A stretch of 64,000 nt of DNA from Trichinella spiralis (Eukaryota): the NCBI RefSeq assembly GCF_000181795.1, contig NW_003526943.1, positions 7,089,566 through 7,153,565 on the forward strand. Reading direction: 5' to 3'. Both the position numbers and the translations under genes were made by a program. Within the stretch, counting starts at the first letter, position 1; each line of letters begins with the position of its first letter. This document shows, one piece after another, positions 24,669-41,100 of this stretch. The notes beneath the pieces were generated by a model that saw only the letters and a program-made list of their open reading frames with translations, was not told where the DNA came from and did no database searches.

Positions 24669-26344
24669 CACTAAAAATTTATCAAATTAAGTAAATCATC
24701 ATCCCACATATTATAAAAATATATCAATCACTAGAATATTACTATATTCAGATATACTTTCTATGTTAAATATTTAATTAGTGCTATCACGGCATGTATT
24801 TTTAAAAAACTTCATAATTTCATGTACAAAACATGCAAATATTCATAGAGCCACTTGCAACTTTCATAACTACGTTCTTCAACGTACATACCATGCAGAT
24901 AAAATGCAAGTCTTATCCTAATTTGAATAATTACCAAAAATAAACTAATCTGAAAAGCAGCTTTCGTTTCCTAATTTTCGTTGTCAGAGTTAACAGCAAT
25001 CATCCCACATAAAGTAAACAAAGCTCAAATTTAGCACCCTGAGAAAAACATTAAGAATTTTATTCACTCAATGTATTTTATTCCCATAAATATTTCGTAC
25101 AGTGATTGTAAAACATAAAAAAAATAAAATCAAAAAACCCTAAAAAACAAAACAGTAAAAATATATCTAAAATGTCTTACATAATTTTCTCAAATCAAAA
25201 CTTGTTCCTTTGTTAGAGGACATATTACAGTTCAACTATTAACAATAAAATAGGTAACCGTTATTAAAAATTCTATTGTTATACTTATTGCGTAAAATTA
25301 ATAAAAACGAATTTTTTCTATTAAACAATATTAACATAAAACAAAAAAATAATATTATTGTAATTATCAAGTGATAAAGTTCAAAAAAACGAAATACTTT
25401 ACAAAGCCCAACAGACTGCAGGCAGGCACGCTAGGTGGACAATCGCACTTCTAAAATGGAATAAGTTTAACAATGAAAAAACAGTTGGACGCGTAAGGCG
25501 TGCAACGTTAGCCTCACAAAACCAAAAAAGTGAAGAATGTAAGCAACCAACAAGTTCTGAATTAACACAGGCGATTTATCGCTTTGGGAAAGCATCATTG
25601 ACTGAATATACGCTGAAATCGGTAATTTTAAATTTATGCGGGCTTCTCAGCGAAGTTCACCTCAGAAACTGGAATAACTTACTCATGTTACATAAATCCA
25701 AGAACAACTGGCTAAATTAAATATTAATGAGCAAAAATTAACACACAACCTGCGTACTCTATTACAGTTGGGTATCAAAATTACACTTTTAATAATCAAG
25801 ATTAAACTACAGTATTGTTCAAAGATTTTTATTGACAAAAATTACGTAAAAAATAAAATTTAAATATTATTAAAAACTAAATAAAAATTGGTTTTATGAA
25901 AATAAACACTCTTGAAAATTAAGTATCACGTACAAATGATAAATTTTAGCTGTGGGCGTGATCAGAAATTTGGAATCAACCAATCAGACACACCGCACGT
26001 TTATACGTGTACCTGTTTTATTTTTTAATTGTACTACGTATATATAGTCAACAGTTTTGAGAAATTCAAGAGTATTGGACTGTATATTTATTTTCGTGAC
26101 AATTTCATTTAGTTTGAATTGCTTTCGAATCTTGTTTTAAAGTTATGATAACCGAATAAGAGAATTGGTTAAAGTTTGAAGCGTCGTTGAGAATGGACAA
26201 ATTTGTTCTCTTAAACAAGTAATGAACAAAATAAATAATAAAAAGATCTCAAAAATAAAACTGCAAGACTATCTAAAAAACAATCATTAAAATAACATGT
26301 GAAGTTAGCATACATACACAATCGAAACAAAAGGTCGACAGTAC

Positions 26345-26356
26345 GATGACGTCATC
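26345..26356. promoter_or_regulatory. Palindromic CRE (ATF/CREB) site upstream of TM2D3
   Basis: GATGACGTCATC is a perfect 12-bp palindrome containing TGACGTCA. It lies ~55 bp upstream of a GTAAGT donor of a probable non-coding first exon. Confidence 0.45.
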
Positions 26357-26548
26357 ACCACGTTTTCACTTTCCGATCGTCAGGTTTTATTAAGTCTATT
26401 GTTATTACAGTAAGTATTTTAAAAATTTGTGAAGTACTTTAATTTATATTTTTTATTATGTATGTATATTTATTTTTTTTTGCCTTTTTATTTCAACAAA
26501 TTATTAATTGGTGTTGGATGCAGGCTACAGTAATCTTTACTCTTTCAA

Positions 26549-27259
26549 ATGTTACTGTATAACTTTTGTAGAATGCTCATTATTTTGAATTTAATGGTTG
26601 ATCACTTGTGTGTCTCTAGACTTTTTCTGTTTGCATTTTATACGTTTTCATTGGGCCCTTTTGTTACTGAACTGCTCGTGGCTGCCGATTCATACGTACC
26701 AGTCAGAAAGGTGGACATCAGCAAAATTTGCCGCACCAGTTCTGCCTGCAGTGCATTGCCAGCTAGTTGTGTGGAATGTGAATTTCCTTCGGATTGTCAT
26801 TATGGCCAGGAAGTTAAGACGTTGTGTAAAGCTAAGCACAATTCAACTTGCTTAGGGGAGCGTCAGTTTGAACGAAGCGCGAACTGTCGATTTTGTTACT
26901 TAACCGAAGCTAGATATCATCACTGCGAAGCAGTTTTCAACTGTAGCTCCTATGCACCTCCGTTGAGCAATCAGATTCCTGTGGTATGTTGGGTTGATGA
27001 AACGGTAGTTTGTATGGGTCGTCGAGTATTTTACAAAAAAGTGCCATGTAATTGGACAAGCGGGTACAGATGGTGGAAAGCTTTGGTGTTGAGTATCACG
27101 TTGGGTGGTTTCGGTGTGGATCGATTTTATCTTGGCTTATGGCGGAGCGGACTTGGAAAATTGTTCAGTTTTGGCGGTCTTGGAATTTGGACAATTATCG
27201 ATGTTGTTTTAATTGCAGTTGGCTATGTTGGGCCGGCTGACGGTTCAGTTTACATGTAA
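26549..27259 (+). CDS. TM2D3: TM2 domain-containing protein 3 (almondex)
   Basis: Cys-rich ectodomain (CRFCY, CMGRRVFYKKVPCNWTSGYRW). TM2 domain ALVLSITLGGFGVDRFYLG...GKLFSFGGLGIWTIID. Terminal GPADGSVYM. The real start may be the ATG at 26594. Confidence 0.95.
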   Translation: MLLYNFCRMLIILNLMVDHLCVSRLFLFAFYTFSLGPFVTELLVAADSYVPVRKVDISKICRTSSACSALPASCVECEFPSDCHYGQEVKTLCKAKHNSTCLGERQFERSANCRFCYLTEARYHHCEAVFNCSSYAPPLSNQIPVVCWVDETVVCMGRRVFYKKVPCNWTSGYRWWKALVLSITLGGFGVDRFYLGLWRSGLGKLFSFGGLGIWTIIDVVLIAVGYVGPADGSVYM

Positions 27260-27747
27260 AATTTTGTATTGTCATTTTTATTCATCAGATATTTGATTAG
27301 TTATTTCTTTTTTTTTGTAATAGCTGTCTGTAGTGATTGCTTAAATTTATTATTAAAATATATGCTTGACAGGAAAAATTACATTTTGAAAACTTTGTGA
27401 TTTTCAAGATTGCACTTTGCGTATCCTCACGTCAGTCACAGAAACAGTTCAGTAAACGTTATATTAAGGAAAGTAAGGCAAAAGCAGATTTCGTGAAAAG
27501 CAAATGTTTTATAGCTACATGATCTGAAACCTGTTTATGCAATGATATTATTTGATTTTAAATGTAATTATTTTTCTGTTGTTTAGTATTAAAGCAACTG
27601 CTCTTTGTTCAATTGTCAGATTTATTTTTTGCCACAATGCTATTGAAAACTGCATAACGTGACGTGTTTTTCGTTTTTCTTAATCATCTAACATTGAAAA
27701 ATTGTCATAATTCATCATTTTTGATCAGTTTCAGTTTGCTGTTATTG

Positions 27748-30386
27748 ATGGAGTTGAACGACACAAAAGCTGGTATGGAAGGTCTGGATAAAGTAATGAT
27801 GTTTTTATGATCCATTGCTGTTTTGTTTTATTATTTTTTAATTTTGTTTAGGAGGCGATCAACGCATTGATTCGACAATGGTCGAAAGGTTCAAGATTTT
27901 ACGAACATCAGTTGAAAAGAAAAAGCCGCATTGACGAACGCTTGAAAAAAATGCAGGCGTCAGTTGAAAAAATGGGCGCTATGGAAATTCATAATTCCGA
28001 GTTGAAGGTAAATTAAAATAGGTTGTATTTTGTGTTTATTTTTATTATTTTTGAAAATAAATAGATGGATAGAGTAGTGGCAATGTTGGAAAGCAATCGA
28101 GACTTCACCCACACGATTTTTCACGTAGATATGGATGCATTTTATGCAGCGGTGGAGATGCGCGACAATCGTTCTTTGAGAAACATTCCCATGGCAGTAG
28201 GAAGCAATTCGATGCTTGTAATATTGATTAGTTATATTATTTTTTGTGTTATTTGATTTTCCATTTTATAGAGCACTTCAAATTACGAAGCTCGTAAATT
28301 TGGAGTAAGAGCAGCTATGCCGGGTTTCATCGGCAAAAAATTATGTCCTCAGCTTACAATTGTTCCGTGTAATTTTGAAAAATACAGTGCAATTAGTCGT
28401 GAAGTTAAAAATATTTTAAAATTATATGATCCGAATCTGTGTTCCGCAAGTCTTGACGAAGCGTATATGGATGTGACTGAATATCTCGTTCTTCGACAAT
28501 CACAAAATACTCCAGTTTTTCATCGGAGTGTTCATTACACGGGTGAATGCGACTGCCGGTGGCCGTATAAATATCTTCCATGTTGTGTTTTACGTGAAAG
28601 CACGAAAATTTCGAGTGAAATTTGCAATGAATGTGGAAAACTTTGTATACATGTGGAAGATGAAGTTGCTTTTGGAAACAATGCAGAGGAAGTGGCCAGG
28701 GAAATTCGATTTTTAGTGGAACAAGCAACTGGTCTGACCTGCAGCATTGGTAAGATAGAGATATTCATATTGATGTTTTATATAATTCAATGCATAATTA
28801 TTTGTTTAATTGAAAAAATATTACTATGCAAATTTTGAACGCTTTCAGGTATTGCACCAAATTCAATGCTGGCGAAATTAGGCTCAGATATCAATAAACC
28901 CAATGGACAATTTCACATGCGAGCTGATCGTAATTTCATTGTTGATTTTCTTCGAAATTTGCCCATCCGTAAAGTAAAACACAGTTTTTATTTCAAATTT
29001 ATTTAAAAATTCATTATTAGTAAAAAAAGAATTTTGTTGTGAGTAAATTGCACAAAGGGGAAATTCATATTGTGAAATATTTCAAGGTATGCGGTATTGG
29101 TGCAGTTACTGAAGCTCTTCTGAACGGTTTGGGCGTGTCCACTTGTGGAGAACTTTACCAAAGGCGTGGCATTCTTGCATTGGCTTTTTCTGAAAGAAGT
29201 GCTATTTCATTTTTGCGCATATCGTTGGGAATAGACGACGAATTTTGTGACAAGTATTAAATTGTCGTTAAATTTTATGGGATTTTTCTTTTTTTAATTA
29301 TCATTGTAGAGATGACGAAGTGGCGTCAAGGAAGAGTATCAGCACTGAGAGGTTTTTATTTGAAATATATTTATGGGGTTTATTTATTTATTTTTTTTTA
29401 TTAATGAAGTTGCATTTAGAACATTTTCCGAAATTAGTGAACCTTCACGTCTTTTGGCTGTTTGCCGCAAACTGTGCAACAGTCTATCCGAAGATGTTAT
29501 TGAAAGAAATTTGAAGGTATCTAGGAAGTGGTATAATTTACTTTTATTTTTCTTAAATACGACCTTTGTGAATTCATACGGGCAGGTGAATGGCCTCTAT
29601 TTTTTCACCTGTGAAATGACTTGCCATTTTTCTATAAATGGAAATAAAAGCAATTTTATTGTAAAAATTGCTTTTGTTGAAATTGTTGAAAAAAGCACGA
29701 ACTTGTAAAAATATCCGTACTTGTTTATGATAAATAAAATTTACATCTTTTTGTGAAGGTGAACAATGGGAATGAATAATTTTTCCAGGGGAAAACGGTC
29801 ACGTTGAAGGTGAAGACGATCGACTTCGACGTTCGAACTCGCGCCAACACTGTCGATCGATATGTACAAGCGGCGGATGAAATCTACAACATTGCTTCTT
29901 CCCTGTTGCAAGAAGAAATCCGAGCTCGATTGCCAAATCCGTTGCGTTTGAGATTGATGGGTGAATTATTAATTATTATTTACCATTTCATTGATCGAAT
30001 CGACCAACTTGCATTTTTTAGGTGTTCGTCTGAGCACTTTGCAAGAGTCCAAGGTGGAAAACAACAATTCATTGGATCGATTTGTTAAAGTGGATAAAGA
30101 TTTGTCTTACGAGGAAGAGGATTTGGATCACAGTAAGCCTTGCTGTTCGAAATCTTCAGATTTGGTGGAAATGTTCGAATGTCCAATTTGCAATGTCCAG
30201 AAGAAGCAGGTGAATTTGACCGCTGTCAACCGTCACATTGATCTCTGCTTGAACAAGTCGATTATCAAGCAAGAGTTGGCGAACGAGGGTTCTGATTCGG
30301 CTGCGACGTGTTCGAAAAGAAGAAAATTGGAATTGAAAAAGCGGATCAAGTCCAAAAGCATATTGGATTATTTTTCCCCGTGCTAA
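27748..30386 (+). CDS. POLK: DNA polymerase kappa (Y-family, DinB ortholog)
   Basis: N-clasp [15 protein letters not shown]. Catalytic [31 protein letters not shown] and SLDEAY. Also [35 protein letters not shown]-terminal UBZ CPIC...NRHIDLCL and PIP-like ILDYF. Confidence 0.97.
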
Positions 30387-33300
30387 TTAACCGACATCTC
30401 CATAGGTCTACAGGGTTATATATTGAAATTTTTTTCGGGTAATTTCAAAATCACGGGTCAATATGTGAGATTTTGGGAAAATTTTTCTTCAGCTCTGTCG
30501 TTTCGATCCGAAGAGGAAAAATTTTTGTTTTTATCAGTAAACAAAAGATCGAATATGCAAACAAAATTTGCTCAGTTTTGTAGTAATACATAGATTTGAA
30601 AAGTACATTTATTTGAAAGACCGACAAAGTAGTGTCATTAAAAATTTGTCGTCGTCATGATAAGCTGATTTAGTTTACGTGCTTGCATTTTCTTTCGGGC
30701 ATGTTGTATAATGATGGAAAAAGATTTTCTCATTCATTTTGAAAGATCATACAGGAAAATTGAATTATAGAGCAACAGCTAGTAGGTTTTGCATAATGGA
30801 AAATATTTTCAAATAAACAATTAAGTGCTGCTTAAAGTTTTGTAAATTGATTTTTCTTCACTCATATTTGTTCTTGCTTTGTCAGCCAATTAAATTATTC
30901 ATTTTAGGTGATATTGCTAATCTTGAACATTCACGTATATTTCAAGTAATGGGGCGAGCATTTTCATTGATTCAAGAGAGTATTATTTTCAAGAATATTA
31001 AAATGATCAGTTGAAAATTGCACAGCATTAATCATTTTTATGGCATTATAAAACTGTTGAAAATACTGATTAACAGAACTTTTGTGATCGAAGATCAAAG
31101 CAAACAGTAAAGCGTACATGAATGTTTGAAAAGTCAACAAGGCTACCTCGTATTGTCAGCAATTAGGACAACATTGTGTTCAAGTTGAAAATTTCACTAT
31201 CAGCAGTTAAACTTGATTTTCTTTAATGAAGAGACTGTCAAGGATAAATAACCATGTTAAAAGTAAGTTCTGAAATTGTTGGCGCCATTCGACGCAAATA
31301 TTTTTGTCCCTATTTCTATGACTTCATTTTAACAATTATATTTAACAAATGCCAAGTTTTTCATAATAAAACAGGGAATAAACTAATCTGAAGCACTGTG
31401 TCCAAAGAAACGTGTTTCTTCTTACTGAGATGAATGACTCTGAGCAAACTAGAAAGATGATTGGTAAGATTAATGAATCTAATTTTAAAATACCTAATTT
31501 GTAATAATAATTTTCTCGCAGATTTTCTTACATTGTTGATTCTATTATATTATAGTATTTAAATTAAATTGTTTTTTTACTTTAATATATTGCTGTAGAT
31601 TTTTAAAATTATTAACGAACATGATAGCAGTTTTAAATTATATTGGCATTTCTTTTGAAATGATTTCCATTTTTCAGTTCAAATAAAATTGAACATTATG
31701 TTGCTGAATATATGTGATGTTGGTATTAAAAGCAAGATTTTAAGATTTTTCTTTGCTTCGGAATCAAACTTTAGTCGATGCTCTTTCTTCAGTTTTGAAA
31801 GTAGTTTTTTTATAATGTGAAAAATAATTTTTGATTTTATTTACATGTATTTAAATGTTTTACTTTTTTTGGCCGCTTTTTGGAAGCATTTTAACTATCA
31901 GATGAATTTTGTACTTGTGAAAGCAGTTACAGTATGTAAGTTTTGTTGCTGATTTTTCTGCTCTTTCTCTGACTTTTGCGTTAATTTTCAACTCGTGCAC
32001 TCATTTGCATCATTATACAGACTTTTTTTGATTCCATGAATTATTGGGTAATTATTGTTGTTTTTTACACAAATTTATATACTTTATTAATGATTTTTGG
32101 ATGTTTGAATTTAAAATTGAAATTTTATAAATTCTCGTTGTTTTCAACATTCTGTCAATAATGCACTTTGGTGAAACTGACTAAAAGCATATTGTGTTAA
32201 TGTTAAAAAAATCTTATTATGTAAGATTTATTAGTATTATTTTCAATATTAGAAATTCTTTGTGTTATACATGCAAATAATGATTGCAATCAAATTTATT
32301 GAGATTACGTTTACATTTTGTAATTATTTGCTGGACAAAATTTAGTTTGTAATGATTTGTTTTTTTCATATATATGAATTAGTTTTCTAAAGTTTATTTT
32401 GTTCTTTTAAAATTTATCATATTCAACTTGAGTAAAATGCTGAGATTCTGATTGAGAGGGTAAAATACTTTTCGGACAATATTTTGTTGTTCTCTCTAGT
32501 TTATTATCATTGCATTGTAGAATAGAAAATGTGATATAATTTTATGCTTCCATTTATCGATCATGTTTAAAAGCTTAAATTTGTATTGTTGTTTCTCAGC
32601 GATATGCTCTGAACCAGAGGCGTTCTATTTGTTTTCATTTTTGCAATAATAATTGTTCTATTTTGAAATTTTTAAACATATACTGTATTTTGATTTTTAA
32701 CCTGAAAATCTTTTAGCTAGTGTTATGGAAATTTGTCCAAATGATCATTTGTGTACCGACCAGTTGTCAGAGCTGGCTTGATCGTGCCGGTCGGTCCGAT
32801 CGTCGAAAATTACGTGGCAATTCAGTTGTCTGGTTTTAAAGTATAGCTGAAGTACCGCCGTGATAGTTTTGTTGATTGGCCTCTGCCTGTCCAACTACTA
32901 CAACAAGCATGTCGATGTTGCTTTCATCCATTTTCCGTCCACAGATACTGTGCTGAACGTGTTGTTGTTTGTTTTAATATTTTTTGTTTCCTCATTTTAA
33001 TTAATTTTTATTTACCCACATGTGTTGAAAATTTATTTGTGCCTCATTTGAACAAGTGTAATAGGAGTAGTATCTTTTCTTATTTTTTTTTCTTATTCGA
33101 CTTGATGCGCAGTGTCAGAATGTTCGTGACAGCTGCTTTTCGCCGTCACGTCGACCGGCTTCAGTGGTGGCAATAGTGCGTCTATCCGTTATTGCATGCA
33201 TTAATAGATAGATACACTTAGTATCGTTGTTGTTGTTGTTGTTGTTGTTATAATTATTATTCCGTTTTCTTTCTCAGTAGTGCTTGCAGTGAGCTTTTGA

Positions 33301-33403
33301 AAATTGTTCTTCCACCAGGGTGATGTTTGCTTTTTCTCATTGCCGCTTGTTGCCAACAAGCTGCCGTGCGCGAGTCGTTTTCGATTAAACCAACTTTTAA
33401 TAA

Positions 33404-36112
<2,709 letters not shown>

Positions 36113-36567
36113 GCACTTTTTTTTCTTCTTTTCTCTTGAATTTCAGATAACTGATACAAATAACATTGTTAGAGAGAGAGAGAGCTGTGATGAGTGCCTT
36201 TTGATTTTTAATTTCTAAACGGCAGGCAAAATAGTATTGCTTTTTCATATTGTGCTTTTTGTAGTTGGTTCAATTGTGAATAAAATGTGATGTTGGTTAG
36301 AAGGAAAAAAACATTTTTTTTCATTTTATTAATGCAATAATAAATAAATAATTCATTATTACAAAATGATGCATACAGGTAGGTATTTTTGTACATTTGG
36401 AACAGGCAGATGAATAGTGAGGGAATGGGAGAGAGAGAGAAATGTGGAGAAAGCAAAAGAATATGAAAAGAAAAAAGAATGTTGTTGTAATATATTTGTA
36501 TAAAATAAAGTAATTATTGTTGTTGTTAATTGGTTAATGTTGATCATCGGTTGAAAAATCGATCTGG

Positions 36568-38103
36568 TCATCGGTTTTGATTGTTGTTCGTGTTTACCAT
36601 CATTAAAAACTTTTCGTACGCTTCAGCCATAAGCAAATCTTCTTCAGACAAAACAACGTCGCAGTTATCACCGTTGTTTGTATTTGTGTTGTTGTTTGTG
36701 TTTAAGTTGTTGTTGTTATTGTTGTTGGTAGTGGTAGTGCTAGTGCTGGTGGTACTGGTCATTTCATTGCCACCGTCTAGACCGTTGTTGTCGAATTCGG
36801 CCAAAAAGTCGCTCTCTTCCGACGTCAACGGCTGACCATCCGGACCGTAGTGGACACCGTCGCTGTGGTCGAGCAACGAATTGGCGACCGATTCGGCCAC
36901 GTCGCGCGCCGACTCGCACGCTTCGGCGATCGAACGCAACTGTTCGGCGCTCTGTTCCCACTGGCGCCGACAATTGGCCAACGTCTTGGCCAAAAATAGT
37001 ACACTGGACGACTGGCGTTGCAGAAACGACCGGTCGTCGATGGCGGCGAACAGACGTCGCGTCTGGTCCGGCGCGTGGCGCAGCAGCATCGCGCCGCTGC
37101 ACTTCAGCGCCGTCAGCGCGCAGCGCAAATGGGCGTCGCTTTGGCGGGCCAGCAGCTCTTCGAGCAGTTCGAGCAGCGCGTCGAGGGCGAATTCGTTCGG
37201 CGCCGCCCCTTGTTCAGTCTGGGCGGCCAGTTCGGACAAAAAGATGACAAAGTTGTGCAATCGCGGCGCCAACTGGTCACTGTCCAACAGGGTCGATCGG
37301 TTCTCCAGTTCGGCGTGGCAACGGCGCAACAACAGCTTGCGGAACAAGTCGGGCGCGTCGGGACAGCCGGTGAACTGTGCGTTGAAGTGACCGGTCAGTC
37401 GGGCCGCCTGGTAGCTGAAATGCGGATAGGACATGCACACGTCGAAGAACTTGTCGACCACGGCCGCCAGATCGTGCTCCGTACGAACGCAGCAGTTCAA
37501 CTGGCCGGAAATTTGCCTGGCGATCAGTTCATACTTGGCCGGGTCCATGTACAACTGCGACAACCAATTGACCAACTCCCACAGAAAATACTGCATCACG
37601 TTGGTCTGTTCGACGGAGACTGTCTGCGGCGCGGTTGTCGTCGGCGCCGCCGCCGCCGCCGCCGTAGCTCCTCCACCAACTCCGGTCGACTCTTTCTGTC
37701 TCATCGCCAGCGGTACAAACTCCGGCGCGTCCAAACGCCATTTGAACGTCGTGCCCGACGACGGCGCCGACGAGCACGTCGACGTACTCGTCGGCGTAGT
37801 CGCGGTCGTCGACTGCACGTTGCACAGTCGGGAAAAATCCCGACAAAGGTCGGACGACGACGAACCTCGCTGGTGCACTTGCGCCTGCGAATACTGTACT
37901 CTTGGAATGACAGCCATCGGTGGTGGCTGAGGAGGAGGAGGAGGAGGCGGTGGCGGTGGCGGTGGCTGCTGGTAGCCGTAATGACCCGGCTGACAGGTCA
38001 CGTTCGGCTCGTTCGCCGCCGCGGCCGCTGCAGCCGCCGCAGCCGCTGCCGCCGGCGAGATGTAAATTCGATCCGACGAAATGAACGCGTTATACGCGTG
38101 CAT
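36568..38103 (-). CDS. PAIP1: Polyadenylate-binding protein-interacting protein 1-like (PAM2 + MIF4G-like + acidic tail), intronless CDS
   Basis: PAM2 motif WRLDAPEFVP. Helical MIF4G-like core (FSYQAARL...FRKLLLRRCH...FVIFLSEL...LKCSGAML). C-terminal YGPDGQPLT.EE..FL and MAEAYEKF typical of PAIP1. Confidence 0.85.
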   Translation of the reverse strand: MHAYNAFISSDRIYISPAAAAAAAAAAAAANEPNVTCQPGHYGYQQPPPPPPPPPPPPQPPPMAVIPRVQYSQAQVHQRGSSSSDLCRDFSRLCNVQSTTATTPTSTSTCSSAPSSGTTFKWRLDAPEFVPLAMRQKESTGVGGGATAAAAAAPTTTAPQTVSVEQTNVMQYFLWELVNWLSQLYMDPAKYELIARQISGQLNCCVRTEHDLAAVVDKFFDVCMSYPHFSYQAARLTGHFNAQFTGCPDAPDLFRKLLLRRCHAELENRSTLLDSDQLAPRLHNFVIFLSELAAQTEQGAAPNEFALDALLELLEELLARQSDAHLRCALTALKCSGAMLLRHAPDQTRRLFAAIDDRSFLQRQSSSVLFLAKTLANCRRQWEQSAEQLRSIAEACESARDVAESVANSLLDHSDGVHYGPDGQPLTSEESDFLAEFDNNGLDGGNEMTSTTSTSTTTTNNNNNNNLNTNNNTNTNNGDNCDVVLSEEDLLMAEAYEKFLMMVNTNNNQNR

Positions 38104-41100
38104 TGTTCACCGACCGACCGTGGATTGTTTCACTTCGCCGCAAACCAATGATCCGCTCGCTATTTGCTTTTTTTAAATATTCCTTTAAATCACCTTCAAA
38201 AAATGTAAAATTTTCATGAAAAAATAATTAATGCATATTTTTGAAAAATTCCATTTCTCCAGTACAATGGTAAAAATTACACTTCGACCATTTCATAAAA
38301 CAAAAAATCACTTTATTTTACAACTGTATTATACTATCTTGTCTTAATCATCAATTCAAACATAATATTTGCACACATTTCGCGCACAGTTTACTTTCGG
38401 TATACTGAAAATGTGTATTTACAAACAAATTCCCAATGAAGCATCACGACACAAAAATAAACCATAAAACCATAATAAATATCAAATATTAGAAAAAGAA
38501 TATCATGATTCATAAATTAATAACCAACTTTTTTTCAATTCACAATTTCATACTGTTCAATTATGCACACAATCAAATTAAGTATACTATGAATGAGAAC
38601 ATTCATTATTTTTGAATTTAAATTCAAAAAACTTCACCCATTTTTTTGTATTTCCATCGTCATTTTAACTTTTTATTATATTCAGTTCATAGATAAAAAA
38701 TTTACGTGTTTCTTCATTGCTTTGAAAAACAGTAAACAAATATCATATAAAGTAAAGCAACGAAGACAGCGCTCACAGTGCACACAACAATTCAACAAAA
38801 TTCTAAATATGTAAACCAACGATAAATTCATTCAAATCAAGCAATTAAAGGCAATAAATATATGACGTACATATTACTTTTCATTCCACTTCATACCGAA
38901 AATACTGTACAAATGAAAACAGATACACACACACACAGTAACTATCGTTATAGAACTAAATATTGCATCAGAATATTAAAATACATTACACACATTTTTT
39001 AAACTACTAACTGTTTTGAATATTTTACATTAATAATTCTTGATTACTAAAAATTACTTGCAAAATGCTAACTTTTCAATAATAAGTACAGTAAAAAATC
39101 TAGTCAAAATAACAATACAATTATTTAAAAATATTCAATGAAATTATATCGTTAAAATTCTAAAAATTTTCTCGTTTTCACCATTCAGTAACAGCATTTG
39201 CAATTGCAACAGTACTTACATGAAAAACAGAGCGAATATGATGAGAATGGAAAATGTCTTTCACTCAAATTATAAGTAGACAACAACAAATAAATGAAAT
39301 AAATCACACTGGAGAACAAAAAATTATCGCTGCTATAAAATTATAAATAATCTTCACAAAATAAAAACTCGCACGTTTTAACATAAAAATTTATAGATAT
39401 TTATTTATTTATTTAAGAAATAAAGATTTCTACATTGACATCTACGCATCGTACTATGCAATAATTATTCATTTTAGTCTCAATAAATCCTCCACTATTT
39501 CTCATTTGAATACTCATGGCTAGTTAACTAACAAAACTTTGCTAATGTACTGTTCAAAAAATCAATATCTAATAAATAGTTCACACTTCTAAAGTACGTT
39601 CAAAATAACAAATCAATTTCAATGAAACAAAACCACAAATTATAATAAAAACCAATGAATTTTGCATCAAAAAATTATAGACAGATAAAGGATTTTTCAT
39701 CAAAATTTTCAATTCTTTACAGTAATCAACAACGCACATCGTTGCTTTTACAGAACAAGATCAAGACGCTCAATAGTTGAATAAACTGCACTTTCTCAAT
39801 ACTATTTAACAAATAAAATACTTATTCCTCATAGGCTACACTCTTATTTAACCATTCGAAACAAGCAATAAGACAATAACTTCCTTTACTGAATAATCAA
39901 TTTTTTCAGCAAAAAATCTACTAACCTATAGCTAAGATGAATTTACAAGGCGACTCACCTCTCAACAGTTGTAAACAGTTAAAACTAAAAGCCCCGCTCA
40001 ATCTGAAAATGACCTATTTTAAAATTGCTTTAGGAAAATCCAAAATATCTTTCTTAATTATCAATTTTGGCATATGTTGTTATTTCTCTCACTTTTATCT
40101 TACTATACGGCATTTTTAAATGGAAAATGCAGTTAACAATCATAATAAACAGTTTAATAAAATAAAATTCAGAAAACAGAAAAATATAATTCATACACTG
40201 CTAATGTTTACAGTTTACTTTTCACATTACACTTGCCATCACGTAATCTCAAATATATACATCCTTTACTATTATTTTATTAATAACAAACGATAAATGT
40301 TATAAACAAAATCTTACTGTTTTTTACTGTTGCAGCTTCAAGTGCAAATCGAGAAGAATTAATTCAAATTCTCACAACTGTACTGTCACAACGTGCCTCA
40401 GTTTCAGAAAATCAAGTATTAATATTAAATAAATATTTTTCATTGTGTAAACTATTTAGATACGCTTATAAAAGAGGTTTTAATAAAATAATAAATAAAT
40501 GCTACAGTTTTACTAAGTTGTTGATATGAAATCAATAAATAAGCAAATATTCACAATTAATAAGAGAATTACACTTGCTCAGCAAGCATGAGCACGGCTA
40601 CATTTGTAGCAGAAAAACAGATAACTCGATTTCTGATTTTATCGATTGATTTTCTTCATTTATCTTTTAATTATTCCCAAAATTAATTGCATAACGTTTT
40701 ACTGGTTAGAATTTAGAATTTTGTACACTTTTGCGCTTCGTTGTTGCACTGAAGTATGAAAATGGCATTGTAATAAATAGTTTTTTGTAATCTAATGTGT
40801 TACATATCATTTAATTTCATCTTTTGCACGGCAGTTGATTACGTTATCAGTTTTAAAAAATTAGATTGAGCAATAAATAAACATTAATAACTGAATAATT
40901 ATTTCAAGTATTATTGTTCTTATTTTAATTTGTAAAGATTGCATTTTAGGGTAAAGATTTTTATTAAAAAATCTAAACTATAAGTTGTAGCAAATGAAAC
41001 GTTTAAAAATGCTAAATTTTATCTTAAAATCTCTTCAAATTATGCTAAATGCGAAGTTTTTGTAAACTTAATCAACTGTTTATTTGCATATTTTTGCTAC

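Noticed and set aside
37018..38151. 377-aa + strand ORF and other ORFs overlapping PAIP1
   Set aside because: Antisense or alternate-frame shadows of a GC-rich coding region, with no recognisable motifs.
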